From contig CM035353.1 in the NCBI GenBank assembly GCA_020137815.1, forward strand, positions 992,001-1,056,000: a DNA stretch of 64,000 nucleotides, read 5' to 3'. The translations under genes were made by a program, and so were the position numbers. Under the pieces are notes generated by a model. That model saw nothing but the letters and a program-made list of their open reading frames with translations. It was not told the origin of the DNA and did not search any database. Position 1 is the stretch's first letter, and every line of letters begins with the position of its first letter. This stretch comes from Hormiphora californensis. Its lineage: Eukaryota > Animalia > Ctenophora. Shown piece by piece: positions 1 to 11,907 of this stretch.

Positions 1-389
1 TCAAAAATTAATTCATCTAAAATGTTCCTGGAACATTGTTCCACTTCTTAGCAGTACATGTTACAGGAAAAGCTATAACTAACTGTGAAACGTGTTTTAA
101 TTACACTTTGGTCTTTTTGAGGTGTGCACTGCTGCACGTCTAACTGTGACAATAATTAGTGCAGTATGAGCCCCCCTCGTGTATTAAACTCTGCAACTCT
201 GTGTTTGTACTTGTGCTGCCTGGAATATTAGAACACGTGATATTGCATTGGAAGATCCATAGTTGCGGCCATGGTATGATCTTCATGTTTTGTTCAAACA
301 AGTCGAACAAGGCAAATTTAAGTCCTATTACTTTTGGGACGTTTTGGGTGGTGTGTTTCGGTTAATTAGAATTCTGCGCTGTTCTGGGA

Positions 390-1056
390 CACGGTGCCCC
401 TTAAGGACGTTCCACCTCGACCGAGTCCCCCAGCAAAACGAACGGTTGTGTGACCTAAAGGGGACCTCTGGGAACTACGCAGGACCGTGGGGGAATTAGA
501 TATGAAAGTAGCCAAAGGAGAAAATCACATTTAGGGCAAAAAACCCCAAAAAACGCCATTTTAACAATGTTGCCGTGGATTTAGAGTTCCAATTCCAGCG
601 GCAATCGATTCGGCGTGTCAAAAAACCCTGGGGTGACTTGATTTTGGTCGAAAAAAAAATAGATTGGAAAATTTGGAATGTAGAATTTGGTCATTTTTCT
701 CACACTACATTCCAAATTTTCCAATCTCAAATCCTTAATCCCCATTTTGCGGACAGCTTACTCGTTGGACGAGTTGAATGGCGAAGAGGGCAGGGAAACG
801 TAGCATTATGGATACATAATGCAAATAATTCTTGTTTTTTCGACCAAAACCAAGTCACCCCAGGGTTTTTTGACACGCCGAATCGATTGCCGCTGGAATT
901 GGAACTCTAAATCCACGGCAACATTGTTAAAATGGCGTTTTTGGTTTTTTTTGTTGCCCTAAATGCGATTTTCTCCTTTGGCTACTTTCATATCTTTTCC
1001 CCCACGGTCCTGCGTAGTTCCCAGAGGTCCCCTGGAACGTCCTTAGGGGCACCGTG
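390..1056. mobile_element. Non-autonomous TIR element (MITE), Chapaev/CMC-like
   Basis: Termini CACGGTGCCCC...GGGGCACCGTG. Inverted arms of ~220-265 bp (390-655 vs 835-1056; the left arm has an extra ~45 bp). 4-bp direct repeat GGGA at 386-389 and 1057-1060. CAC..GTG ends with a 4-bp TSD is the Chapaev signature. Confidence 0.75.
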
Positions 1057-1552
1057 GGGAGTATAGTTGTGTACCCCCTCACAACAACTGTTCTGGGAGT
1101 TCAAAGGACAATTGGATAGTATCAAAATGTGTTTGTACCATGAGATATTCAAGAAGCCTCATACATGGACACTGTAATTGAAACTAGGAGACTTGAAAGC
1201 GTTGAAAGGGAGAAGCATATGAAATAGTTAGAAATACATAGACTGAAAGAGAATTCTTAATGCTGCTCGAGCCTATAAATTATTACATATACAATTATGA
1301 AGCTACGAGGGTGTGAATTCCGAGTCAAATATCAAAGTTTCAACCGGGTAGTATTCCGTGCGTTGCAGACTAAATTCCTTTTGATAAAATGCGCTTTGTT
1401 CCTTTTTATTATAGTTTAGGTTTTACATGTCTGTATAATATATTAAAGGTCAGCACCATTTCTTGAATCCATATCGTTCACTTCATAAACTAACCACAAC
1501 TTCACTTATTTGTTTAAAGTATGTGAGTTGATAAGTTCCAGTCTATGTATAG

Positions 1553-4500
1553 ATGCTACTTAGTTACCGCTATTACGAAAAGAAAACAGAACCACCCCCT
1601 GTTCTTGTTATAATCAAACACAAAAATGAAGGTAACAATATATGCTAGTAAATTTTCCAATTATTCAATTTTAGTTGTTTTCAATTAAATTCCCTTGATC
1701 TATGTGATTTTATCGCCCGTATAGGTTCTGCGGGGATACGGAAAGTTCAGTTTTTGTCAGTTGGTAATAAGGACGAGGCGGATCAACCAGGAAGTAGCTC
1801 GGAAGATGCCGGCCCCGTTCTACCCAACGAGACTGACTTCTCAGTTAACTTAGGTATTTAGAGTTGATTATAATTAAATCATATCAAATTATATATTAAA
1901 TGTTTGTTGTTTCCAGTTGTGTGGGATTTACAGAAACTCGATTCTTCGGGCGAATATAAACCCCAAATCCTCATTGAGGATTCCTCGTGATTCATTCCTT
2001 TTTTCAGATTTTGCAACAGAACTAGATAAAATAAGTAAAAGTGAACTTCAAGAGCGCCTGAAAAAGTTGGAAAGAGCAAACTCAGGAATTTCTGACAAAA
2101 GTACGAAAGCTGTGCTAAAAAAGTCACTAAAAGAAAAGTAAGACTGCGATCAGTGCACCTCACAACTTTAAATTGCACAACTCTTCTGATCCCGAAGTTA
2201 TCACAATTACCCGGAATATAGTTGCCTAGCTAGACTGTGTTAGAACATAACAAGAATATATAGCTGGTCTTTTAGATTTAAATTCATCCAATTGTTTCAG
2301 GTGTCCCGGTATATTTGCTTGGTATAAGAGGCACAAGAAAATGTTACGAGAGGCGTGGAGGATCGTCAGTATTTCATTTGTTAACTTCCTATACCTATCT
2401 TTTGGTTACTTCTTCTTTACACACTTCCAGGGAAGCCAAGTCAAACAGTGTGAGTGCAACAATTCCAACTGCTACTGATGATTGCAGTGTCTCCTCGTGA
2501 GCACCATGAAACTGCAAATTGGTAATGAAATTACCCCTCCGCGTTATAATAGCTCACGGATATTGTACAACATAATAACAGGGGTGACTTTCGAACGCAC
2601 CCTAGAACACCTTTCTATTCCTTCTAATTGCCGAGATCTGCATACCCCTTATTTTGACTGTTTTTCGCGTCCTACCCTTTATGGGTTTGGGTACGGCCAT
2701 CGCCGCACCCCGTATACGTCGCGGGACCTCGAGCCCTTTCCAACGAGCCATAGAGATCCTCTCTACGACTTCAGGGGCTTTATTAAGGGCCTGTCGGCTC
2801 GGCCCCGTTGTTTTAGGGGGGATGGGTTGAGTTTGGTTTAGATTCGGGTCGGGGGGGGGGGGGGGGGGGGGGGGCTTGCCATGCCCCGAATACCTCTTAT
2901 TTTGATGATTGTTTCAGTAAACAACGACCACTCTCAAAAAGATGAACAACTTACAAAGATGCTGAGTGGTTTTGGCTTCATTACACCGCTCAATAGCACA
3001 GGTATGTAACAAGTGCGTTCCCTGCCGGCCTTTACTCAACATGAGGAAGCCCTTACTTTGTTCATGCATGCATGTATGTAGTACATTACAATGTGCATGC
3101 ATGCATATTGCATGTACATAAAACACAGTAGCAGGGTTTGGAAATTTTAGATTTTCATGCGAATCCATAATATTCAATAAATATTAGAAAAAATAGAACT
3201 ATTTTCACCCTTTCAGTGTATAATAAATTACTGAAGATTGGCAAGCTAAAGTGTATGTTGAATAAAAAGAAGACATCTTTTTGGACTAGTTTTGATTTCT
3301 GCGTATCAGTGATGACAACCGTAGGTACAGAGTACGTATTAAACAGGAATTAAACAGGAAATAAATAATAATAAACGTATACAAAAACACTTGTACATTA
3401 TGTACAATAAACAATAATCACACTACCGCACTACTCAATGGGTCGAACTCATATCAAAAATGAACCTTGGATGTATAATTGTTTTCATGATTCCATATAT
3501 TGTATATATCTGTTAATTGTTTAATTCAATCCTCAGGTTGGGGCTATATATACCCAAAAACGGTTGTGGGGAAGATGTTTTGTATTATCTACGCATGCTT
3601 GGGTGTTCCTCTTTATATCGTTGTGATTGGGATCAAACGGTAACTAACATTTTGTAACATTTGCCTAGCTATAGACTGTCTTTTGGGTTGAACAAAACAA
3701 GTTTTTCTTGTACAAAATTACTTTTATTTCTTAATTCAAACATCTTTTCAATATTGTAATTAAAATCTCAATTATCTAGGTCAGTTTATTGGGTATTTGG
3801 CCCATAAATGTGAGTTTGGGTGCCGTGTGAGACGAATCAGTACTCTCATTCAAAACAGCCGCCTGGTGTACTGTGAACTGTTCAGCAAGTACATTATCGT
3901 TACCCTCCTAGTCGTTCTCTTCATCATCGCATACGCTTGTAAGTACACACCATATAATAACCAATAGATAGTAACAATGTTACTAACAATTAACATATCC
4001 TATCAATAATCTATCATGCATGATACATGTATACATACAAGTGCAGATCTACCAACCAATATGGAGAGTGGAGACATCCTATAATAGGATCGGATATTTT
4101 TTAAGTTCCTGATACATGCCCCTCCCTCCAGGTAGTGTCTATATTAATTCACGGGGTGGTTCTAATCACGATGATGAAAACTTGTTACATTGGACTTGGT
4201 TTGAGAGTCTTTACTATGCTCTCATCTCCCTGACAACCATAGGATTCGGAGATTATTTCATGCCTTCCGCATCAGACAAACATGAGGTAATGTTTCATAA
4301 TGTTATAATGTTTCATATCAAGATCTCTCTGTTTTGGAATATTATCCGTTTTATTTCATTGAAAACACCTCGTCCCAATTATATTATTAATTAATAGTAA
4401 TTATATTAGTAATTATAGTAATGAAACATCCATTTGTTTCAGTTTTACAACTGCATGCAAGGTTTGTTGATTGTCATCGTCATTATCTTTGGTTTCGGGC

Positions 4501-6037
4501 TCTTCACCTACGCCTTCAGCGAGTATACAGAGGCCTCAAAAAGGCAAATGAAGGTGTTGAGGGAGCGATATGAAGAACTGGCTACCAAAAATGCAATCCT
4601 TGCTTTCACCCAGGTATGTACTGCAATCAGGAACCGACACAAGTCACGTGACTGGTTATCAGCCAATCAGGGACCAGTATTCCCTGATTCGGTCGGTTCC
4701 TGATGTACTGCAACCAAATACACTACATGAAGTAGAGTATATTTCAGCTTGTTTAGAATATCTTTAACCCTGTAATTTAGCATTCCTCTGAGGGATGGCC
4801 ACTACCGCCACTACCTCCCCTCGTTATAATTGAAAATGATTATTCCTTTCAGCTGTATACTAACTCCGAGTCCTTTATGGAGAGGTCACAGCAAGCTATG
4901 AAGTCAGGATCTCAAAATATTAGAAAGATATCGTCGGCTATTGAAGAGGTACATATGTGATATTATGATGCTTCAGTATACAACTTCAGTGATATGATAA
5001 TAAATATGATGATAAAGTAATTACGAATGATGATGCTTCAATGCACTTCTGAATAGGTGAAATTAAAGTAAAACTAAATTAGTAAACACACACACACACA
5101 CTCTACTAATAAAACTAAATTACTATTTTCAGTTTAAGAGTAAGTCATCGATAAAGTCAATGAGCCGGGCTGCTTCTGATGTAATGTTAATAAACAAGCT
5201 TTCAAAACGAGCACAGAAACAGAAACAGAGACCAAGGTAAATCGATGAAAAAAAATAACTAATTCCTGTTTTTTTGAAATTATAGCTCAAGAAAGTTTAT
5301 CGTTTCAGTGATGCGGGGATAGAGCGGTGCGGGTCCAGTTCCCCACTCAATATCTCCCCAACCATATCAGTCAACTTTGAGGAGCTTGAGGAATTGGACG
5401 TAAGAGCTGTAGCAAAATTTCATGTCTCGATCTCTCGATCAAGATCTGGCGGGGTTGACCCCGTTTTGATTCTCCTAGATACAGGTCGGCACCTGACATA
5501 TTGAATTAACAGCTCATATCCTTGCAGGTGAAGGATTGTCCGCAGCCCGTAGCGGTTGTACACGATTATGACAGTGATCCGAGTTCTAGTGACATCCCCC
5601 TGCTTGTCCGACAACGCTTCCAAAACAACTTTATACCAGAGCACGATCAAGACTCACTGCATCGACCCAATATCCGCCTTAAAACTTTTTCATCCGAGTC
5701 GGACAGTTCGTACAAGTCACTAACAACCAAATCACCGCCTCTCACCGCCACAAGAAGGAAACCAGTCTGGCCTCTTCTAAACATGTCGGTCACGGAAAAT
5801 CCATCTGTTGTAATCGAACCACCATCAGTACTGAGAGTGCGACCGCCTCCTGTGTCACCAACTGAGGTGGTGAGATCACCAATCACCCTGCAGTCTCCCT
5901 CGCCAATCCTGGTCAGATCACCATCAATGATCACCAGACTCCAATCCCCATCTCCTGTGTTGGTTAAACCGCCCCGGGTTAATAAAATATGGGAGGGCCC
6001 TGCAACCATCACTGTGCAGAGATCACATGACCGGTGA
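1553..6037 (+). CDS. Two-pore-domain potassium channel (K2P/KCNK-like), paralog A, ~688 aa, 14 exons; 1-nt frameshift in exon 7
   Basis: GT-AG exons 1553-1631, 1725-1853, 2008-2137, 2301-2449, 2918-3001, 3217-3324, 3537-3639, 3780-3938, 4132-4286, 4443-4613, 4853-4948, 5133-5236, 5309-5399, 5528-6037. Phases are consistent except after exon 7, which is 103 nt and needs 102. TM1 FLYLSFGYFFFTHFQ; P1 WTSFDFCVSVMTTVGWGYIYPKT; TM2 GKMFCIIYACLGVPL; P2 WTWFESLYYALISLTTIGFGDY; TM4 IVIIFGFGLF; Ser/Pro-rich tail. Exons 1-3 are less certain. Confidence 0.88.
4626..4704. mobile_element. 79-bp mini inverted-repeat element in a K2P intron
   Basis: 13-bp TIR ATCAGGAACCGAC / GTCGGTTCCTGAT; 8-bp direct repeat GTACTGCA at 4618-4625 and 4705-4712. 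Confidence 0.75.
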
Positions 6038-6950
6038 GGGGGGTCATGGGAACATGCGATAATGCGATATAGCAATCCGACTAAGTGCAGCGGGATGTTC
6101 GATCAGTGCAGAAATCTTGGATGATTTGAAGTTAAAATTTGATGATAAATCCAGGTGCCGTGGTACAGATGAACTAATTATAAGCGCATCTTTTTTATAT
6201 GGTAACTTTTTTATTCATTCTAACGCCTAACTGAATCTATTTACGACGAAGTGAAAATTGGCAAGCATATAATCAAATGTCCCGCGCATCAAGGTGTCAT
6301 CGATAACACTAAAAATGTGGGAAACATTAGCCACTCACTGCTTCGAATCTCTAATTTATATTTATCTTTCCTCCATCATATGTCTCACAAAATACTATTA
6401 GCCACTGCGCCAGGACGCCAGGTCTAACTCTAAGGCATAGCGTCCTCTTGGTGCAGCTGGTGTTTGTAGCTATAACAGCTGCGTGCCGATATGTTACAAC
6501 ATAATATGTCAACAGCGGTCCCGGACCATTCCTTTCTTGTTCCGGCTAATAAAAGCGAGCTGTGGTCGATATCAGCTCAGCATGGAGCTGCGACGTGTAA
6601 TTACTTGTGAATGAAGTGGACATCTACAGTTGGTTGTAAATTGTAGCCGCGTTGCTGCGTGCTCTCTATTTCTAACGGAGAACGGTGGTGATAATTCGTA
6701 GTATTGGATGTTATGGATTTATCGAAATTGCTTCTATTCTGGGCTAGCTCTATAGTGTGAGATTACAATTAGCACCAAGCACCCAGACCCCAATTTAAAT
6801 ACTCCGTTATTTTCAGTCCATCACCACCATATTTTAATTTCATGGCTTTGACTTCAGCACCTTCTTAAGAATTGTTGTGTTGTTTGGTACATTGTTAGTT
6901 GAAGAAGATGTGAGTGCGGGTGGTTAAAACAATTTCCTTTCCTCACCTTT

Positions 6951-7138
6951 GTGAGCTTTCAGTGTCAGAAGGAGAGAGTGAACAGAGATAGAGATAGAGA
7001 GGAAGAGGGGTGAGCTTTCAGTGTCCTGCCAGAAGGAGAGAGTGAACAGAGATAGATATAGAGAGGAAGAGGGGTGAGCTTTCAGTGTCCTGCCAGAAGG
7101 AGAGAGTGAACAGAGATAGAGATAGAGCGGAAGAGGGG
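6951..7138. repeat. Three-copy tandem repeat, 64-bp unit (one copy 59 bp)
   Basis: GTGAGCTTTCAGTGTC(CTGCC)AGAAGGAGAGAGTGAACAGAGATAGAGATAGAGAGGAAGAGGG starts at 6951, 7010 and 7074. Confidence 0.9.
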
Positions 7139-7885
7139 AGGAGAGAAAGAGAGAGGAGGAGGGATAGAGATAGAGAAAATGAGGAGAGAGATATAGAGAT
7201 ATAGAGGAGGAGTGAAAATGTATGTATTGTCGATTGATGTACCTCAACCCCTTGACTATAGTTCAGCTTGACATATTGCCATATTGGTGACATTGACACC
7301 TGAGTGAGATCGGTCTCACATAGAAAATAGGTTGTAATGGACATGGATCCAACTTGATACACATTACACATCTTCTGATTCATGAGAACTTCTGAAAGTT
7401 ACCCCCCAGCACCTGCTATAATAGTGCTGCAAGAAGGTGTTGATTCACAGTTACCTCTGTTCAGATATATTACAACCTTTGATTTAGCTTTCTGTCAACA
7501 ACAACAACTCAGCTCTTCTGCTCGACGCGGCATTCGACACTACTCCAATTGACGTGTCGTACAAAGCAGATGTTGGTGAGGTATAGAAATCATGCCGCTC
7601 TTTGTTAAGATTTGCAGACAGCACATCTCAGGGGGACCACATACAGCACCGGTGCGAACTCCAGATCGTCGCACCACATACTGTCGGTGGAAACTTCAGT
7701 ACAGTGAGTGTATGTGGTGCCTCTTATCTGATCCAGGTTTTAGGTTCGCGCGCAATTGTAGTGCTGTCGGTCACAATTTATTAATCATGATGCATCGCGC
7801 GTTCCGGTGACGGTTTGAGCAGCCTGAAGCCGCGTGAACGGTATACAGTCATGTTCCTTAATCATATATAACATACTATACCATA

Positions 7886-8238
7886 CAGTCGGACCCCGGC
7901 CCCGATTTACCAAGATGCTCATGCTCCGGGGAAAGCGCTTCGCCCGGTAAATCGGGGTGAAATATCGTTAAATTTCTATATCAGTGAGCATTTATTTTCC
8001 CGTTAAATCGGGGTTAGGCTATTTAATTTATTACAGATTTGATTGTTGTGAAGTGTCTACACTTATGTCTTAATTATATTCAGGCCGATTTTGGCCGCCA
8101 CCTGCAGCAGTTCGACAGGAAGAGACGCCTTGTTTTTAAATTTTAATTCTGGAAGTATTGAAAATAAGTAACTTAACGTTACATTGTGGTTCCGGTAAAT
8201 TGGTAAATCAGGGCACGGTATAAGTTGGGGTCCGACTG
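7886..8238. mobile_element. Tc1/mariner(pogo)-type MITE
   Basis: TA|CAGTCGGACCCC ... GGGGTCCGACTG|TA. Internal CCCGATTTACC/GGTAAATCGGG repeats. A partial copy of the same family starts at 28572. Confidence 0.8.
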
Positions 8239-8342
8239 TATATATTTTAATTAACTTTTGTAAACTGAAAAGCAATGTTTGATCAAGTTTGGAAATAAAA
8301 ATAATGAAAATTACAAAAAATACACACATAACCAGTGATCCA

Positions 8343-11327
8343 TCATTGCCCTAAATCGAGACGGGCCCTAATCCTCTCTCTCTTTTCATGCCCCGGTGTG
8401 TCTGTAACTGTTCCACCATACTCTGGATCAGTAGGTGGAGTATCGGGCTCTTCTATCAGATCGCCTGTCCTGATCATAAAGTTGTGGAGACATACACATG
8501 CCGCTACGACAACGACAGTTTTCTCCACCGTGTAGAAAGGAGCGAGTTTCACAAGGACCTTCCATCTAGACTTCAAAACCCCAAAAGCTCGCTCCACATG
8601 GCCGCGGGCCTTGGAGAGCTTTTTGTTGAACGCGGCCTTGGAAGTGTCATTCGAGGTATGTACTGTGGCATACCCCTTCATCAGTCCCTGACTTAGCGCG
8701 AACGCTTTGTCCCCCACTAAATGGTGATCTTTGTCCAATTTCCGCACAACCTCTGGTAATTCTGAAGACTCGAACACCGTGCTGTCACCCTGCCTTCCAG
8801 GGCAGCCCACGTCCGCAAAAACGAACGAAAGGTCCGGGGCCGCTACTGCCAGCAGAATAATGGTATACTTCTTCTTGTACACTGTGTAGTAATCCTCTCG
8901 TTGTCCACTGTAAACCTGAAATGCACAATAAATTATCAACAATGATGACTTTACGACGCCTATCAGTACGAGATACAGATTGGTGACATCAGTTATACCC
9001 CGTAAAAACGAAAATATTTCCGTGATGGAGGGGTCAATCGTAACCGGGAAAAGGCGAAATGCTCACAGAACTATTCTCTACTAGCTACAACAATATTGTT
9101 CAATTCTGTGTCGGTCCACTGTCAAGTTCGATCTCAAAATGTGCACTACGTGTAAGGAAGGATTGCCTCCCTCATCCATGTATCAAAATTTTGAAACAGG
9201 GTTGTAAACAGGGTTTGGAAAAATCAAAATTTACACACCTGGACAGGGATGTGGGACCCGTCCACAGCACCAACCACACCCGGAAATCCTGATCGACGTT
9301 CAAACTCTGCGGCGTCATCATTTCTTCGCTGCTCATCCATTGCTGGCCATGGTAGAAGCTCGGTAATAAGGTCGCACATCTCCACAACAATTTGCCGCAC
9401 AGTTGACTCGGCGATTCCGAACAGTTTCGACATTGAATGTACAGAGTCACCATGGGCAAGCAAGTACAGCGTCATCTAAACAAAATAGTGTAAAATGTAA
9501 TATTGTATCTGGCATGGTGATTCGCTACACCATATATACTGACCGACCTGCGAAGCAGGAAGTGCGGTATTCCTATCATTTTTTTGGAAAACGATACATT
9601 GCAAGCGCTTGCAAGCTATCGGCTATCCGTAGGATGGCCGCGACTCTTAGTATTTATTGTAAGTAATGCCACCATAAAATATTAATTATTATATTGATAT
9701 TAAAGTGAGAGGTGCACGAAAACCAATAATGTCTAACCAATTGTGTGTAACATTCCTTGGTGTCCCATGGGGGGGGGGGGGGGGGGGCTGAGGTTTTTGA
9801 AGTCGAAAATTCAAAAACTTCAAAAACCTATAAACCAAGAATTAGAAATGATCGAAATTTCGGCTTGATTTTGTCCGTATGATTTGAGTTTCGAAACTTT
9901 CAGGAAACTTTTTTTCTATAAAAACCGATGGAGAGCACTAATCAAAGTGTTGAGGATCATTCCGAAAAAAATTATTGGTGTCAACTTTTGAAGTCAACTT
10001 TTGAAGTGAATTTTGCCGAAAAATGTGTGTCTCATGATATGTATTAACATGTTAAACATGTCTGTGCCCTGTAAAAAGCTTATAAAATTGTTTTAAAAGC
10101 GCTAATAATGAATTATCAAATATGTACTTTTGAAGTTTTTTTTCAAAAACTTCAAAAACTAAAATGGGTAGGAAACTTCAACTTCAGCCGCCCCCCCCCC
10201 TGTCCAATAAAAAATTTGGTGAAAAGAATAAAGATGACGTCTCCATATTGTGTTTGAAATTCATTCGTAATTAGGAACGTGCGTCGTGCATGCATGTGCG
10301 AGCTTCAAATACAAGAAAGCAGCATGGGACCTTCACTAAAATTTGGTAACGCAATTACCCCTACATTGCGGGCACGCTAAAATGTGCCTTACTATCGCAA
10401 TGCCCTATGTATCTACAGAGGGGTAATTTCGTTTCCAACACTAAAGTGTTCCATGCTTTTGTTTGAAGCGTAACATAGAGACGTCATTATTTCACCAAAC
10501 TTTTAATTGGACACGAAGGAATGTTACACACAAAAGGTTTAGACATTATTCCAACTTTCTTTTTCGTGCACCTCTCACTTTAAAGGAATCCCCACGCAGC
10601 AGTAGCCCTGACTTGGGTTTTGTGAAATTTCTCACGGCCATTGCTCCACCCATTGATAAGATTAAAACATGAAAGTTGGAGGCTATAAAGAAATCGACAT
10701 GATAAGCCTAGCCTCAACATCTAAAGTTACCATCTCATCAGGGGGTGAAGCAATGGCCGTGGGAGTGGGGGCTATTATTGCTTGGATTTTTACTTAGATC
10801 TGTCTTTCTGTACTTCGAACACAATTTGCTTATCGGAACAAAATTTTAATATACAATAATACTGTTCACTGGCAGCTAATCTTGCTTTCTCTCTCACATT
10901 CACAATATACAGATGTACTTACTTTCAGTCTGAAATCCATGGAGTATGCTTTTCTCATGACCGTATCCTTTTTTGCAAATGGCTGCAAAAGTGTTAGCAG
11001 GTGCTGGAAAGTGTCCCTGGTTACACGGTAGTCCCCCTTAAAATCCTTGTCCGAACATGAACTGCTTGTATCCGCAAATGGTGGGCGGTCTTTCGATTGT
11101 GTCTGTAACAGATAATTCATAGTAGGTATTATTGGCCCCTTTTTTACTCTTTACAGGCGATTTGGTAAAAGGTTTGGGTGTCATCGCATCTATCTACGTC
11201 TAAGATCCCGAATTGCCAAACTTACCGTTCGGATGTAACTTCTCGGTGGAGAAGGTGGAGGGGGTGGTACAAATGTATCGACGACCATGTCATCATCGTC
11301 CGTAGCTAACGTCAGTAACAAATCCAT
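8343..11327 (-). CDS. Harbinger/HARBI1-like DDE transposase (DDE_Tnp_4), ~363 aa, 4 exons, intact
   Basis: Exons 11327-11226, 11102-10923, 9475-9239, 8915-8343 (all introns phase 0, GT-AG). Motifs DFKGDYRVTRDTFQHLL, HTH region SKLFGIAESTVRQIV, GFPGVVGAVDGSHI (D), GCPGRQGDS, LVGDKAF (D), FNKKLSKARGHVERAFGVLKSRWKVL (E), ACVCLHNF. Confidence 0.93.
9704..10579. mobile_element. Kolobok-type MITE in transposase intron 2
   Basis: TTAA|AGTGAGAGGTGCACGAAAA ... TTTTCGTGCACCTCTCACT|TTAA; long imperfect inverted arms. Confidence 0.75.
9766..10202. mobile_element. Insertion nested in the left arm of the Kolobok-type MITE
   Basis: CATGGGGG(n)CTGA ... TCAGCCG(C)nTG ends flanked by duplicated (TG)TCC. Removing it restores colinearity with the opposite arm (GTGTCC-AATAAAAAATTTGGTGAAA). 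Confidence 0.7.
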
Positions 11328-11602
11328 CAGCTAGTCCTAGAAGCATAGAATACAATATGAATAAATAAAGATTTTTGAGATAATCAGACCTCGATATTCA
11401 GTTGGATTAAAAAACTGTCCACTCCTTTTTTGCACTCCAGGTTTAAGGTTACAAATCGTGATAATATATATGCTTTGAAATATGCAGTAAGCAATATTAT
11501 TCCTAATTTTTCATTGCCTTCTAATTTTAGGTCCCGACCTTATCAGGAACCTGGAATATATCAAATTTTCTAAATACGGGAGGAGAAATTAAAACAAATC
11601 TA

Positions 11603-11870
11603 CAGCACACACCTACGCCAAAATCAAAGTTTAAGTTTTGATTTTAAATCCAGACACACCAGCGCTGTTAAAAAGTTTTCCTCCCCTATACTCACAGTAA
11701 CAATCTCGCATGCCATTTTGCCGTCTAACGCTAAATTTTGCAAATCGTCAAAAATTTAGAGCCACGAAAAATGAAGTGCGAGATTGTTACTGTGGGAATA
11801 GGGAGAAAAATTTTAAACAGCGATGGTGTGTCTGTGCTTAAAATTTGTATTTTGGCGTAGGTGTGTGCTG
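11603..11870. mobile_element. Hairpin MITE
   Basis: CAGCACACACCTACGCCAAAAT ... ATTTTGGCGTAGGTGTGTGCTG with ~100-bp imperfect arms; TSD unclear. Confidence 0.7.
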
Positions 11871-11907
11871 ACCCTTATAACCTACAATTTACTACTTCAG
11901 GAGAGAG

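Noticed and set aside
2968-2990. SGFGFITP as a possible third pore loop in K2P-A
   Set aside because: It lies in the extracellular cap between TM1 and P1 and lacks the pore helix and TT/TI residues; coincidental.
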